This document shows positions 37,149-46,244 of a stretch of 64,000 nt of DNA, one piece after another. The stretch's first letter is position 1; each line of letters starts with the position of its first letter. The DNA lies in contig DATJYC010000051.1 of NCBI GenBank assembly GCA_035499735.1, positions 131,667-195,666 of the forward strand, read 5' to 3'. The position numbers and the translations under genes were made by a program. Source of the DNA: Burkholderiales bacterium (GTDB taxonomy: Bacteria > Pseudomonadota > Gammaproteobacteria > Burkholderiales > SG8-39). The notes below the pieces were generated by a model. The model was not told the origin of the DNA. It was given only the letters and a program-made list of their open reading frames with translations, and did no database searches.

Positions 37149-38210
37149 ATGCCCGCGTTGCTGAACGACACCCTTATCCGCGCGCTTCTCCGCCAGCCCA
37201 CTCCCTACACGCCGGTGTGGCTGATGCGCCAAGCAGGGCGCTACCTGCCGGAATACAACGAGACGCGGCGGCGCGCAGGAAGCTTCCTCGCCCTGTGCAA
37301 GACGCCCTCGCTCGCAGCCGAGGTGACGCTTCAACCGCTCGAGCGCTTCCCCCTGGACGCTGCGATCCTGTTCTCGGACATTCTGACGATCCCCGACGCC
37401 ATGGGACTCGGGCTCTACTTCGCCGAGGGTGAGGGCCCCAGGTTCGAGCGGCCCCTGCGCGACGAGGCATCGATCGCAAGGCTCGCAGCGCCGGATCCGG
37501 GCGAGAGCCTGCGTTACGTTGCCGACGCGATCAGGGAAGTGCGCCGCGCGCTGGCCGGGAAAGTGCCGCTGATCGGCTTCTCAGGCAGCCCCTATACGCT
37601 CGCCTGCTACATGGTGGAAGGCCAAGCAAGCGACGATTGGCGCACCGTCAAGTCGATGCTGCACCAGCAGCCAGCACTGCTTCACCGGCTCCTCGCGACT
37701 AATGCTCAGGCCGTCTCGGCCCTGCTTAACGCTCAGATCGAAGCGGGAGCAGACGCTCTGATGATCTTCGACACCTGGGGCGGTAGCCTGTCGGCGGCGG
37801 CGTATCGCGAGTTCTCGCTCGACTATATCCAGAGGGTCCTATCGCAGGTCGGGCGAGGCGCCGGCGGGGCGCGTGTGCCGGTGATCGTGTTCACCAAGGG
37901 CGGCGCGCCCTGGCTGGAGCGGATTGCGGCAAGCGGGTGCGACTGCGTCGGCCTCGACTGGAGTGTCGATCTCGGCGACGCACGCAAGCGGATCGGCACG
38001 CGTGTAGCCCTTCAAGGCAATATCGATCCCGCGGTACTGCTCGCGACGCCGGGAGTCGTGCGCAGTGAGGTTCGCAAGGCGCTAGAATCGTTCGGGTCCG
38101 GAGCAGGCCATGTCTTTAACCTCGGCCACGGCGTTCCGCAGCAGACACCGCCGGAAAATGTCGCAGCGCTTGTCGCCGCGGTGCATGAACTCAGCCCAAA
38201 GTTCCACTGA
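37149..38210 (+). CDS. hemE: Uroporphyrinogen decarboxylase
   Basis: 353-aa ORF containing [29 protein letters not shown] and FNLGHGV. These are hallmark HemE motifs. Confidence 0.95.
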   Translation: MPALLNDTLIRALLRQPTPYTPVWLMRQAGRYLPEYNETRRRAGSFLALCKTPSLAAEVTLQPLERFPLDAAILFSDILTIPDAMGLGLYFAEGEGPRFERPLRDEASIARLAAPDPGESLRYVADAIREVRRALAGKVPLIGFSGSPYTLACYMVEGQASDDWRTVKSMLHQQPALLHRLLATNAQAVSALLNAQIEAGADALMIFDTWGGSLSAAAYREFSLDYIQRVLSQVGRGAGGARVPVIVFTKGGAPWLERIAASGCDCVGLDWSVDLGDARKRIGTRVALQGNIDPAVLLATPGVVRSEVRKALESFGSGAGHVFNLGHGVPQQTPPENVAALVAAVHELSPKFH

Positions 38211-38545
38211 TCAGCGCGGCAAGACGGATGCGATCTTGGCCTTTGTCCACTGCCACAACTCAGTAAACCTCTCGCGCATCATCTGACCCCCTGGTGTCGC
38301 CTGGAAGCGACGTTCGAAACGGCGGATGAGATACCCCGAAGCCCGACAGAATCAGGCCAGAAAACGATCCATTTCGTCTACTAGCACTCAAGGCATACTT
38401 GCCGACTTATACACAGTACCGCCCGAAAAGCCCCGTCTGGCGCGGAGTTTCGAGGGCTAGCCCGGAGAGCCAAGTAATTTACTGATTCATCGAATTATTT
38501 CTAGGCGCCCGCATTTTGAGCATCCAGAAAATTTCCTTGCAGAAG

Positions 38546-38605
38546 TGTGAGTTACAGTGGCGTGAAACGCTTATTCACACAGTTACTCACAAATTCTGTG
38601 AAAAA
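38546..38605. promoter_or_regulatory. Cluster of DnaA-box-like 9-mers in the hemE-priA spacer
   Basis: TGTGAGTTA (38546-38554, two mismatches in reverse complement). TTATTCACA (38571-38579, fits TTATNCACA). TTACTCACA (38583-38591, one mismatch). TGTGAAAAA (38597-38605, revcomp TTTTTCACA, one mismatch). A further exact TTATACACA lies at 38407-38415. Confidence 0.35.
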
Positions 38606-38693
38606 CCCGAAAAACCTCAGTCAACCAAGTACTTTACCGGCCTAGCTTGAGATTTCTCCTGAATAGCGCGCTGCGCGCGGGATCTCGCTCGGA

Positions 38694-40853
38694 ATGATTC
38701 TCCGCGTTGCACTCGACGTGCCCCTGCCGAAGCTGTTCGACTACCGGTGCGAGGAGGCGACGTCGTCCGATATCGGACGCCGCGTGGTCGTGCCGTTCGG
38801 CAGAAAAACGATGGTCGGGCTCATCGTCGAGCTCGCTGCCGAGTCCGAAGTGCCCGCGTCCAAGCTCCGCTCAGCGGAAGGCATTCTGCGCGACACGCCG
38901 CCGCTGGGTAGCGGCTGGCTCGAACTGGTGAGATTCTGCAGCACGTACTACCAGTGCCCACTGGGCGAGGTCGTCGCTGCGGCCATGCCGCCCAGGCTGC
39001 GCAGCGGCCGAGCGGTCCCCGATGTCCCGCGCGTTCTCCAGATCACGCCAGCGGGGCGGGATGCGCTAGCCGAAGTGCCGGGCAAGCAGCGGCGCCTCCG
39101 GGTGCTGCTCGCGCGCCTTGCCCAGGGCCCCGCTTCGGAGGCGGAGCTGGCGGCCGGGGTCCGCGGCGTACGAAGCCTGATCGAACGGAGCTTTCAGGCG
39201 GGATGGGTCGAGGCTTTCGCACCCCAGCGCTCCTCTCCCGGCTTCGTCCACGCCCACGCTCTCACGCCGGAGCAGGAACACGCTCTCGCGGCGCTGCGCC
39301 GCGGGCCCGGAGGCTTCGGAGTAAGCCTGCTCTTTGGTGTAACCGGAAGCGGGAAGACCGAGATCTATCTCCGGCTCATCGCAGAGGCCTTGGCGCAGCG
39401 GAAGCAGGCGCTCGTGCTCGTTCCAGAGATAGCGCTCACTCCCGCGCTCGAGGCTGCGTTCCGAGACCGCTTCCCTGGAGCCTGCATAGTCACGCAAACG
39501 AGCGCCAGCCCCGAGCTCGAGCGCGCGCGCGGCTGGGTGCTGGCGCATCGACGCCTAGCCGACATCGTCCTCGGCACGAGGCTCGCCGTGTTCGCCCCTC
39601 TTGCCGAGCTGGGTCTCATCGTAGTGGACGAGGAACAGGACGCCTCCTTCAAGCAACGCGACGGCGTGAGGTATTCGGCGCGCGATCTCGCGATCGCCCG
39701 CGCCCGGATCGCGGGCGTTCCGGTCGTGCTGTGCTCGGCGACGCCCTCGCTCGAGACCTTCTACCGCGCAAGTTCGCACAAGTACGCGCTGGTATCCCTG
39801 ACGCGGCGCGCCATTCGGGAGGCGGCGCTGCCTGCGATCCGGCTCGTCGACACTCGTGCGCACCCGCCCCAGGAGGGCTTCGCCGCTCCAGTGCTCGAAG
39901 CGCTCGCCACGCGCCTTGCGCGCGGCGAGCAATCGCTGGTTTTCCTGAACCGGCGCGGGTACGCACCCGTTCTCGCCTGCCCGGCGTGCGGATGGGTCAG
40001 AGGCTGCGCGCGCTGCTCGGCTCACATGGTGCTGCACCTCGCCGACCGAAGCCTGCGCTGCCACCATTGCGGCCTCGCCGAGCGGGTTCCACGCTCCTGC
40101 CCCGAGTGCGGCAATCTCGACCTTCAGGGTTTTGGACGGGGAACGCAACGGATCGAGGAGTCGCTACTGGAGAGGTTTCCGCAGGCGCAGATCCTGCGTC
40201 TGGACAGCGACACCGCGCGAGCCAGGAGCAGCCTCGGGCAGCTTCTCGAACGCGCCGAGCGCGCCGACATCCTGGTAGGCACGCAGATCCTCGCCAAAGG
40301 CCATCACTTCGAGAGGCTTACGCTGGTGGCTGTGCTGAACGCGGACGCCGGCATATTCGCCAGCGACTATCGGGCAAGCGAGCGCAGCTTTGCGCTGCTG
40401 CAGCAGGTGTCCGGGCGCGCCGGCCGCGCTAATCTACCGGGCGAAGTGCTTATCCAGACGCGCTACCCGGCGCATCCTCTGTACCAGGCGCTGATGAAGC
40501 ATGACTATCAGGGATTCGCGCAAAACCTCCTCGCGGAGCGCCGCGAGGCGGGGTTCCCGCCCTTCGTGTTCGAGGCAGTCTTGCGCGCCGAAAGCCCGGA
40601 TGCGCAGCGGGCCATGCGTTTCCTGCGCGCGGCGATCGCAGCGGCTCCGCCGCGTGAGCCTGCGATCAGCGTGTACGACCCGGTCCCGATGTCGCTTGCC
40701 CGGCTCGCCGGCGTCGAGCGCGCGCAGGCGCTCGTTCAATCCCGCTCACGACCGCGTCTTCAAGCGTTCCTATCGGAATGGAGCGAAATCCTGTATCGCC
40801 TGCCGGCGCGCGGCCTGCGCTGGCACGTGGACGTCGACCCGATCGAGTTCTGA
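38694..40853 (+). CDS. priA: Primosomal protein N' (replication restart helicase)
   Basis: 719-aa ORF with Walker A GVTGSGKTE, the DEEQD box, and Cys-rich zinc motifs (CPACGWVRGCARCSAHMVLH, CHHCG, CPECG). Confidence 0.9.
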   Translation: MILRVALDVPLPKLFDYRCEEATSSDIGRRVVVPFGRKTMVGLIVELAAESEVPASKLRSAEGILRDTPPLGSGWLELVRFCSTYYQCPLGEVVAAAMPPRLRSGRAVPDVPRVLQITPAGRDALAEVPGKQRRLRVLLARLAQGPASEAELAAGVRGVRSLIERSFQAGWVEAFAPQRSSPGFVHAHALTPEQEHALAALRRGPGGFGVSLLFGVTGSGKTEIYLRLIAEALAQRKQALVLVPEIALTPALEAAFRDRFPGACIVTQTSASPELERARGWVLAHRRLADIVLGTRLAVFAPLAELGLIVVDEEQDASFKQRDGVRYSARDLAIARARIAGVPVVLCSATPSLETFYRASSHKYALVSLTRRAIREAALPAIRLVDTRAHPPQEGFAAPVLEALATRLARGEQSLVFLNRRGYAPVLACPACGWVRGCARCSAHMVLHLADRSLRCHHCGLAERVPRSCPECGNLDLQGFGRGTQRIEESLLERFPQAQILRLDSDTARARSSLGQLLERAERADILVGTQILAKGHHFERLTLVAVLNADAGIFASDYRASERSFALLQQVSGRAGRANLPGEVLIQTRYPAHPLYQALMKHDYQGFAQNLLAERREAGFPPFVFEAVLRAESPDAQRAMRFLRAAIAAAPPREPAISVYDPVPMSLARLAGVERAQALVQSRSRPRLQAFLSEWSEILYRLPARGLRWHVDVDPIEF

Positions 40854-40862
40854 TTCCCGCTC

Positions 40863-40967
40863 TCAGGCGGGCCGCCTGGCCTTCTTCTTCGGCTTGCGCG
40901 GACGGGTCTTGCCGTGCGATCCCTTGAAGACCTTGCCGCGAAAAGTGCGTTTGTCTCCCTTGCCCAC
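40863..40967 (-). CDS. 30S ribosomal protein THX
   Basis: 34-codon frame with a GTG start at 40967, preceded by GGGGAA. The product MGKGDKRTFRGKVFKGSHGKTRPRKPKKKARRPA matches the GKGD.RT.RGK...G..GK.RPRK pattern of Thermus THX and its homologs. In the track it is hidden inside a 105-aa ORF. Confidence 0.7.
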   Translation of the reverse strand: MGKGDKRTFRGKVFKGSHGKTRPRKPKKKARRPA

Positions 40968-41063
40968 GAGGTTTCCCCTTGATGGTTGCGCCGGCGCTAT
41001 TCTGAGTGCAACGAGTGCCGACATCAAGCCGAAAGCTATAATACGCCGCCCCTTGGGCTCCTC

Positions 41064-42728
41064 ATGTCCGCCGAGATTAAGTCCCATATCACCGAACTGC
41101 TCACGCGGGCGCTCGCGAAGGTCGCCCCGCAGCAGCCCGGCTCGCTGGTATCGCTTGAGCGCCCCAAGCAGGCGCAGCACGGCGATTTCTCCTCACCGCT
41201 GGCGATGCAGCTCGCCCGCCAAATGAAGCAGCCCCCGCGCCAGGCAGCCGCTGCGCTGCTCGACGCGATGCCGCCATCCCAATGGGTAGTTCCCGAGATC
41301 GCTGGCTCGGGGTTCATCAATTTCCGCGTACACCCCTCCGCGAAACAGCAGACCGTGAAGACGATCCTCTCGCGGGAGGGGCTCTACGGGCGACAGGAAC
41401 GCGCCGGCGGCCGGCCGGTGATCCTCGAGTTCGTGTCCGCCAATCCTACGGGTCCGCTGCACGTCGGACACGGGCGGCAGGCCGCGCTCGGCGACGCAAT
41501 CGGTGCCCTGCTCGAGTCCCAGGGCTGGCGGGTGACGCGGGAGTTCTATTACAACGACGCCGGCGCACAGATTCGCAACCTCGGCCTGTCGGTTCAAGCG
41601 CGCATCCGGGAGAAGCTCGGCGTCCCCGCGGAATTTCCGGCGGACGGCTATCACGGCGACTACATCCGCGAGCTCGCCGACAAGTATCTGACCGGTGGCA
41701 ACCGCGACGGGGAGAACCTCGAGTCGGTGACGCGCTTTGCGGTGGCCGAGCTGCGCCGCGAGCAGGACCTTGACCTGCAGGCTTTCGGCGTGCGCTTCGA
41801 CAACTACTATCTGGAATCCTCGCTCTACCGCGACGGACGCGTAGACAAGACGGTGCAATCCCTGATCGATGCGGGAAAGGCCTTCGAGCGGGACGGCGCG
41901 CTCTGGCTCAGGACCACGGACTACGGCGACGACAAGGACCGGGTCATGCGCAAGTCCGACGGCGAGTACACCTATTTCGTTCCGGACGTCGCCTATCACC
42001 TCACCAAATGGGAACGCGGTTTCACCCGCGCCATCAATATCCAGGGGTCCGACCATCACAGCACGGTGACGCGGGTACGCGCCGGGTTGCAGGCCGCGTC
42101 CGCGAAATGGGATCGGGCCATTCCCGGGGACTATCCCGACTACGTCCTCCACAAGATGGTGACGGTGATGAAGGGCGGCGAAGAGATGAAGATCTCCAAG
42201 CGCGCAGGGTCCTACATCACGCTGCGCGAGCTGATCGACGAGGTCGGCCGCGACGCGGTGCGTTTCTTCCTGCTGTCGCGGAAGGCCGACACCGAGTTCG
42301 TCTTCGACGTCGATCTGGCCAAGTCGCAATCCGAGGAGAATCCGGTCTATTACGTTCAGTACGCGCATGCGAGAATCTGCTCGGTGCTCGGCCAGTGGAC
42401 GGCCCAGTTCGGTGACGACGGCGGAAGCCGCGCGCTCGAGGGCGCCGACCTTGCCCCCTTGACAGGGGCCCGGGAGCTCGCCCTGCTGCAGCGCCTGGGC
42501 GAGTTTCCCGAGATCGTGGAGAACGCCGCCGCGGAGCTTGCTCCGCATCAACTCGTATTTTTCTTGCGAGAGCTGGCGGGGGAATTTCACAGTTACTATA
42601 ATGCCGAACGCATACTCATCCCCGAAGCCGCTCCACGATTGGCCAGGCTGGCGTTGTGCCAGGCCGTACGCCAGGTGTTGCGCAACGGGCTTTCCCTGCT
42701 GGGCGTAAGCCAGCCCGAGAAAATGTGA
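41064..42728 (+). CDS. argS: Arginine--tRNA ligase
   Basis: Track frame starts at 40986. The likely start is ATG 41064 ([13 protein letters not shown]). It has the class I HIGH motif ([11 protein letters not shown]) and a KMSK-like motif (MKISKRAG). The C-terminal anticodon-binding domain carries YVQYAHAR. Confidence 0.95.
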   Translation: MSAEIKSHITELLTRALAKVAPQQPGSLVSLERPKQAQHGDFSSPLAMQLARQMKQPPRQAAAALLDAMPPSQWVVPEIAGSGFINFRVHPSAKQQTVKTILSREGLYGRQERAGGRPVILEFVSANPTGPLHVGHGRQAALGDAIGALLESQGWRVTREFYYNDAGAQIRNLGLSVQARIREKLGVPAEFPADGYHGDYIRELADKYLTGGNRDGENLESVTRFAVAELRREQDLDLQAFGVRFDNYYLESSLYRDGRVDKTVQSLIDAGKAFERDGALWLRTTDYGDDKDRVMRKSDGEYTYFVPDVAYHLTKWERGFTRAINIQGSDHHSTVTRVRAGLQAASAKWDRAIPGDYPDYVLHKMVTVMKGGEEMKISKRAGSYITLRELIDEVGRDAVRFFLLSRKADTEFVFDVDLAKSQSEENPVYYVQYAHARICSVLGQWTAQFGDDGGSRALEGADLAPLTGARELALLQRLGEFPEIVENAAAELAPHQLVFFLRELAGEFHSYYNAERILIPEAAPRLARLALCQAVRQVLRNGLSLLGVSQPEKM

Positions 42729-42740
42729 TCGTTCGCCGCA

Positions 42741-43328
42741 ATGAGCTTTGACTACAAGCAGGTCCAGGGACCCAGGCCGGACTCCTCGGGCAGCTTCCTG
42801 ATCGGGCTGTTCTTCGGGTTTCTGCTGGGCTTGGGCATCGCCGCGGGCATTGCGATCTACTTCTTCAAGACGCCGATTCCTTTCGCCGACCGCCCCCGCA
42901 CCCAGGACAAGCCCCTCGCCACCGACCAGAAGGCCATCGAGCCGGCCGCGAAATCGGCCAAGGCCGAAGACAAGCCGCGATTCGATTTCTACCGAATTCT
43001 CCCGGGCAAGGAGGAGCCGGTCACCGAGCGCCAGATCCGCGAGGCGGCCAAGCAGGCTCCGAAGCCGGGCGCCCCGAAAGAGAGCTACTTCCTGCAGGCC
43101 GGTTCCTTTCCGAATCCCGCCGACGCCGACAGCCTCAAAGCGAAGCTGGCGCTGATGGGAATGGAAGCGAACGTCGAGCCGGCCAACATCGCCGGTAAGG
43201 GAACATGGTACCGGGTGCGGCTCGGACCCTACACCCGCGTCGACGAGATCAACCGTATCCGGCAGCAACTGACGCAGAACGGCATCGAAGTGTCGCTGGT
43301 CAAAGTCACCGACACCGCGACGAATTGA
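42741..43328 (+). CDS. SPOR domain-containing (FtsN-like) protein
   Basis: 195-aa ORF. One TM helix is followed by a Pro/Lys/Ala-rich linker and a C-terminal SPOR domain (YFLQAGSFPNPADADSLKAKL ... WYRVRLGPY). Confidence 0.8.
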   Translation: MSFDYKQVQGPRPDSSGSFLIGLFFGFLLGLGIAAGIAIYFFKTPIPFADRPRTQDKPLATDQKAIEPAAKSAKAEDKPRFDFYRILPGKEEPVTERQIREAAKQAPKPGAPKESYFLQAGSFPNPADADSLKAKLALMGMEANVEPANIAGKGTWYRVRLGPYTRVDEINRIRQQLTQNGIEVSLVKVTDTATN

Positions 43329-43350
43329 TCGGTTTCAAGGAGACTTCTTC

Positions 43351-43998
43351 ATGCGCCTACGCCTGCTGAGCGCCCTGTCCGGTCTGCTCATCGCCTTCGC
43401 CGCGCTTGCCCAGGGAGCCCCCGTCGAAGGCACCGACTACGTCGAGCTTAGGCCACCTCAGGCGGTCGACACGCAAGGCAAGGTCGAAGTCATCGAGTTC
43501 TTCTGGTACCGATGCCCGCACTGTTACGCGCTGGAGCCCGAGCTCGAAGCCTGGATAAAGCGCCTGCCGCGCGACGTGCAGTTCAAGCGGGTCCCGGGAA
43601 TCCTCAACGACGACTGGGCAGTCGACGCGCGGATTTTCTACGCGCTCGAGGCGATCGGCGAAGTGGAGCGGGTGCACCGGGGGCTGTTCAACGCCATTCA
43701 TCAGCAGGGGGGCGTGCGGCTGCGCGGCGACGCCTTCGCCAAATGGGTCGCCGATTGGCTCGCCAAGCAGAAGGTCGATATGCGTAAGTACGACGCCGCC
43801 CTCCACTCCTTCTCGGTGGAGAGCAAGTTGCGACGCGCTGCTCAGATGGCGAGCGCGTACCGCCTCGACGGCGTGCCGGCCCTCATCGTGCAGGGCCGCT
43901 ACGTGGTGCTGGCGGCCACCTCACAGAAGGCGATGCTCGCGACGACCGACTTTCTGATCGGCGAAGCACGCAAGCAGCTCTCCAAGGCCAAGCCCTAG
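43351..43998 (+). CDS. dsbA: Thiol:disulfide interchange protein DsbA
   Basis: 215-aa ORF with a signal peptide and the active site FFWYRCPHCY (CPHC). Confidence 0.85.
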   Translation: MRLRLLSALSGLLIAFAALAQGAPVEGTDYVELRPPQAVDTQGKVEVIEFFWYRCPHCYALEPELEAWIKRLPRDVQFKRVPGILNDDWAVDARIFYALEAIGEVERVHRGLFNAIHQQGGVRLRGDAFAKWVADWLAKQKVDMRKYDAALHSFSVESKLRRAAQMASAYRLDGVPALIVQGRYVVLAATSQKAMLATTDFLIGEARKQLSKAKP

Positions 43999-44005
43999 TC
44001 TGCCC

Positions 44006-44656
44006 GTGCGCCGTATGCAGCGATGCAGCCGCCTGAAGCGATGGCTGTTCGCGCCGGTATTGGCCGCGCTCGCCCTCAACGCCTTCGCCCAGTTCCGGGC
44101 CGGACAAGAATATCAGCGGCTCGACCCGCCGCACGCCGCGACGCCGGGCGCGCAGATCGAGGTGATCGAATTCTTCTACTACGGCTGCCCGGTGTGCTAC
44201 GAAACCGAGCCATTCCTGTCCCGCTGGCTCGCGAGCGCGCCTGAGGCCGTATTCCTGCGCCGCGTGCCAGCGTTGTCGAGCCAGGCCTGGGAGCCGTTTG
44301 CGAAGCTCTACTACACACTCGAGATCCTGGGCCAGGCCCAGCGGCTGCACTGGCCGGTCTACGACAGCGTCCACTTCGAGGACGTCAAACTCAAGGACGA
44401 GAAGATCATGATCGACTGGGTGGCGCGCAACGGCGTCGAGCGCGACAGGTTCGCGCAGACCTATGCCTCGCAAGCCGTCGCCGAAAAGGTCAAGCAGGCC
44501 CGCCAGCTCCTGAAAGCGTACGGCGTGCGCGCCGTGCCCACCTTCATCGTCGACGGCAAGTTCCTCACCTCCGCGCGTCTCGCGGGCGGCACCTCGCAGG
44601 TCGTGCCGGTTCTCGAGCACCTGGTGAGACTCGCTCGCGAAGAGCGGCAGCGCTAG
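44006..44656 (+). CDS. DsbA-family thiol:disulfide oxidoreductase (second paralog)
   Basis: 216-aa ORF with a signal peptide and the active site FFYYGCPVCY (CPVC). Its architecture matches the preceding gene. Confidence 0.8.
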   Translation: MRRMQRCSRLKRWLFAPVLAALALNAFAQFRAGQEYQRLDPPHAATPGAQIEVIEFFYYGCPVCYETEPFLSRWLASAPEAVFLRRVPALSSQAWEPFAKLYYTLEILGQAQRLHWPVYDSVHFEDVKLKDEKIMIDWVARNGVERDRFAQTYASQAVAEKVKQARQLLKAYGVRAVPTFIVDGKFLTSARLAGGTSQVVPVLEHLVRLAREERQR

Positions 44657-44667
44657 CGCCGCGCGCC

Positions 44668-45438
44668 GTGTCCGGCCCCAAGGTCTTCATCACCGGAGCC
44701 TCCAGCGGCATAGGCTCCGCGCTCGCGGCGCACTACGCGCGTACCGGCGGGGTTCTGGGGCTGTGCGCGAGGCGCCTCGAGCCGACGCAGGCGCTCCTCG
44801 AGAGCCTGCGCGCTGCCGGCGCCTGCTACCGCGTGGACGTCACCGACGCTCCCAGCCTGCAGGCCGCGGCGGCGGATTTCATCCGGCGCTTCGGCGCGCC
44901 GGATATCGTCATCGCAAACGCCGGTGTCGGAGCCGGAACGCTCACTGAAAACCCGGAGGACCTCACGGTATTCCGGAAGATCATGGAAACCAACGTGCTC
45001 GGCATGGTGGCGACGTTCCAGCCCTTCCTCGAGGCCATGCGCGCCCGGTCGAGCGGCGCGCTGGTCGGGATCGCCAGCGTTGCGGGCTTCCGCGGTCTGC
45101 CCGGCGGAGGGGCCTACAGCGCTTCCAAGTCGGCGGCGATCACCTACCTGGAGAGCCTGCGCGTGGAGCTTCACGGTTCCGGCATCTCCGTGGTGACGAT
45201 CTGTCCCGGCTACATCCGCACGCCGATGACCGCGGCGAACCGTTACCGCATGCCCTTCCTCATAGACGCCGACGACGCCGCCGGGAGGATGGCGCGCGTC
45301 ATCGCCGCGAAGCGCCGCTTCGCCGTGATCCCGTGGCGGATGGCGCTCGTCGCCATCGTCCTCCGCAAACTGCCGCGCTGGCTCTTCGACCGGCTGTTTG
45401 CAAACGCGCCGAGGAAGGCGCGCGGCCTGCCCGGGTGA
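44668..45438 (+). CDS. SDR-family oxidoreductase
   Basis: 256-aa ORF with a GTG start. It has the cofactor motif VFITGASSGIGSALA and the catalytic motif YSASK. Confidence 0.85.
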   Translation: MSGPKVFITGASSGIGSALAAHYARTGGVLGLCARRLEPTQALLESLRAAGACYRVDVTDAPSLQAAAADFIRRFGAPDIVIANAGVGAGTLTENPEDLTVFRKIMETNVLGMVATFQPFLEAMRARSSGALVGIASVAGFRGLPGGGAYSASKSAAITYLESLRVELHGSGISVVTICPGYIRTPMTAANRYRMPFLIDADDAAGRMARVIAAKRRFAVIPWRMALVAIVLRKLPRWLFDRLFANAPRKARGLPG

Positions 45439-46244
45439 GCGCACAGGTGGTCGACGCGGCCGGCGTGCGGCACGTCCCTGCGCCCGGCACTCCGCGGATC
45501 GTCAGCCTCGTTCCGAGCATCACCGAGCTCCTGTGCGATCTCGGGCTTGCGCCTGCGCTCGTCGGCCGAACGGGCTTCTGCATACATCCCCGGGAGAAGG
45601 TGCGCGCGGTCCCCAAGGTCGGGGGCACCAAGGACGTCGACATCGCGAAAGTGCGCGCGCTCGCGCCCAGCCACGTCATCCTCAATGTCGACGAGAACAG
45701 GCGGGAGGATGCGCGCGCGCTCCGCGACTTCGTCCCGGCGCTGATCGTTACGCACCCGCTCGCTCCCCTCGACAATCTCGCGCTATACCGGCTGATGGGC
45801 AGAATCTTCCGCCGCGAGCGGGAGGCCGAGGGTCTTTGCCGGAGATTCGAGTCGGCGTACTCGGCGCTGGAAGCGGCGGCGGAGGGGTTCTCCTTCGAGC
45901 GCGTGCTCTACTTGGTGTGGAAGGACCCCTGGATGACGGTGTCGCGCAACACCTACGTCTCGCGCATGCTGGCGCTAGTGAAGTGGGAGACCGTTCCGGA
46001 AGACGCCGCGGACCGATATCCCAAAGTGGCGTTCGAAGACGACGCGCTCGCCGGAGCAGGCACCGTTCTGCTGTCGAGCGAGCCATATCGCTTCCGCGAG
46101 GCCCACATCGCGCAGGTACGTGGCCTCCTGCCACGGGCGGGGAGAGTAGCCTTGATCGACGGGGAGATGACCGCCTGGTACGGGAGCCGCGCGATCGCCG
46201 CGCTCGACTATCTTCCGCGCTTCAGGAAGGCCCTGGCTACCTGA
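45435..46244 (+). CDS. Cobalamin-binding / helical-backbone metal-receptor-like protein (no signal peptide)
   Basis: Track frame starts at 45333. The likely GTG start at 45435 forms a GTGA overlap with the SDR stop. RIVSLVPSITELLCDLGL, VGRTGFC and PSHVILN fit the TroA/BtuF-like fold. Confidence 0.6.
   Translation: MSAQVVDAAGVRHVPAPGTPRIVSLVPSITELLCDLGLAPALVGRTGFCIHPREKVRAVPKVGGTKDVDIAKVRALAPSHVILNVDENRREDARALRDFVPALIVTHPLAPLDNLALYRLMGRIFRREREAEGLCRRFESAYSALEAAAEGFSFERVLYLVWKDPWMTVSRNTYVSRMLALVKWETVPEDAADRYPKVAFEDDALAGAGTVLLSSEPYRFREAHIAQVRGLLPRAGRVALIDGEMTAWYGSRAIAALDYLPRFRKALAT

Noticed and set aside
38954-40432. 492-aa alternate-frame ORF inside priA
   Set aside because: It is an Arg/Ala/Pro/Gly-rich frame. 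The priA frame carries the Walker A, DEEQD and zinc-finger motifs.
41193-43268. 691-aa ORF antisense to argS and the SPOR-domain gene
   Set aside because: The product is Arg/Gly/Pro/Leu-rich with no recognisable motif. The plus strand encodes an unmistakable ArgS. Long stop-free antisense frames are expected at this GC content.
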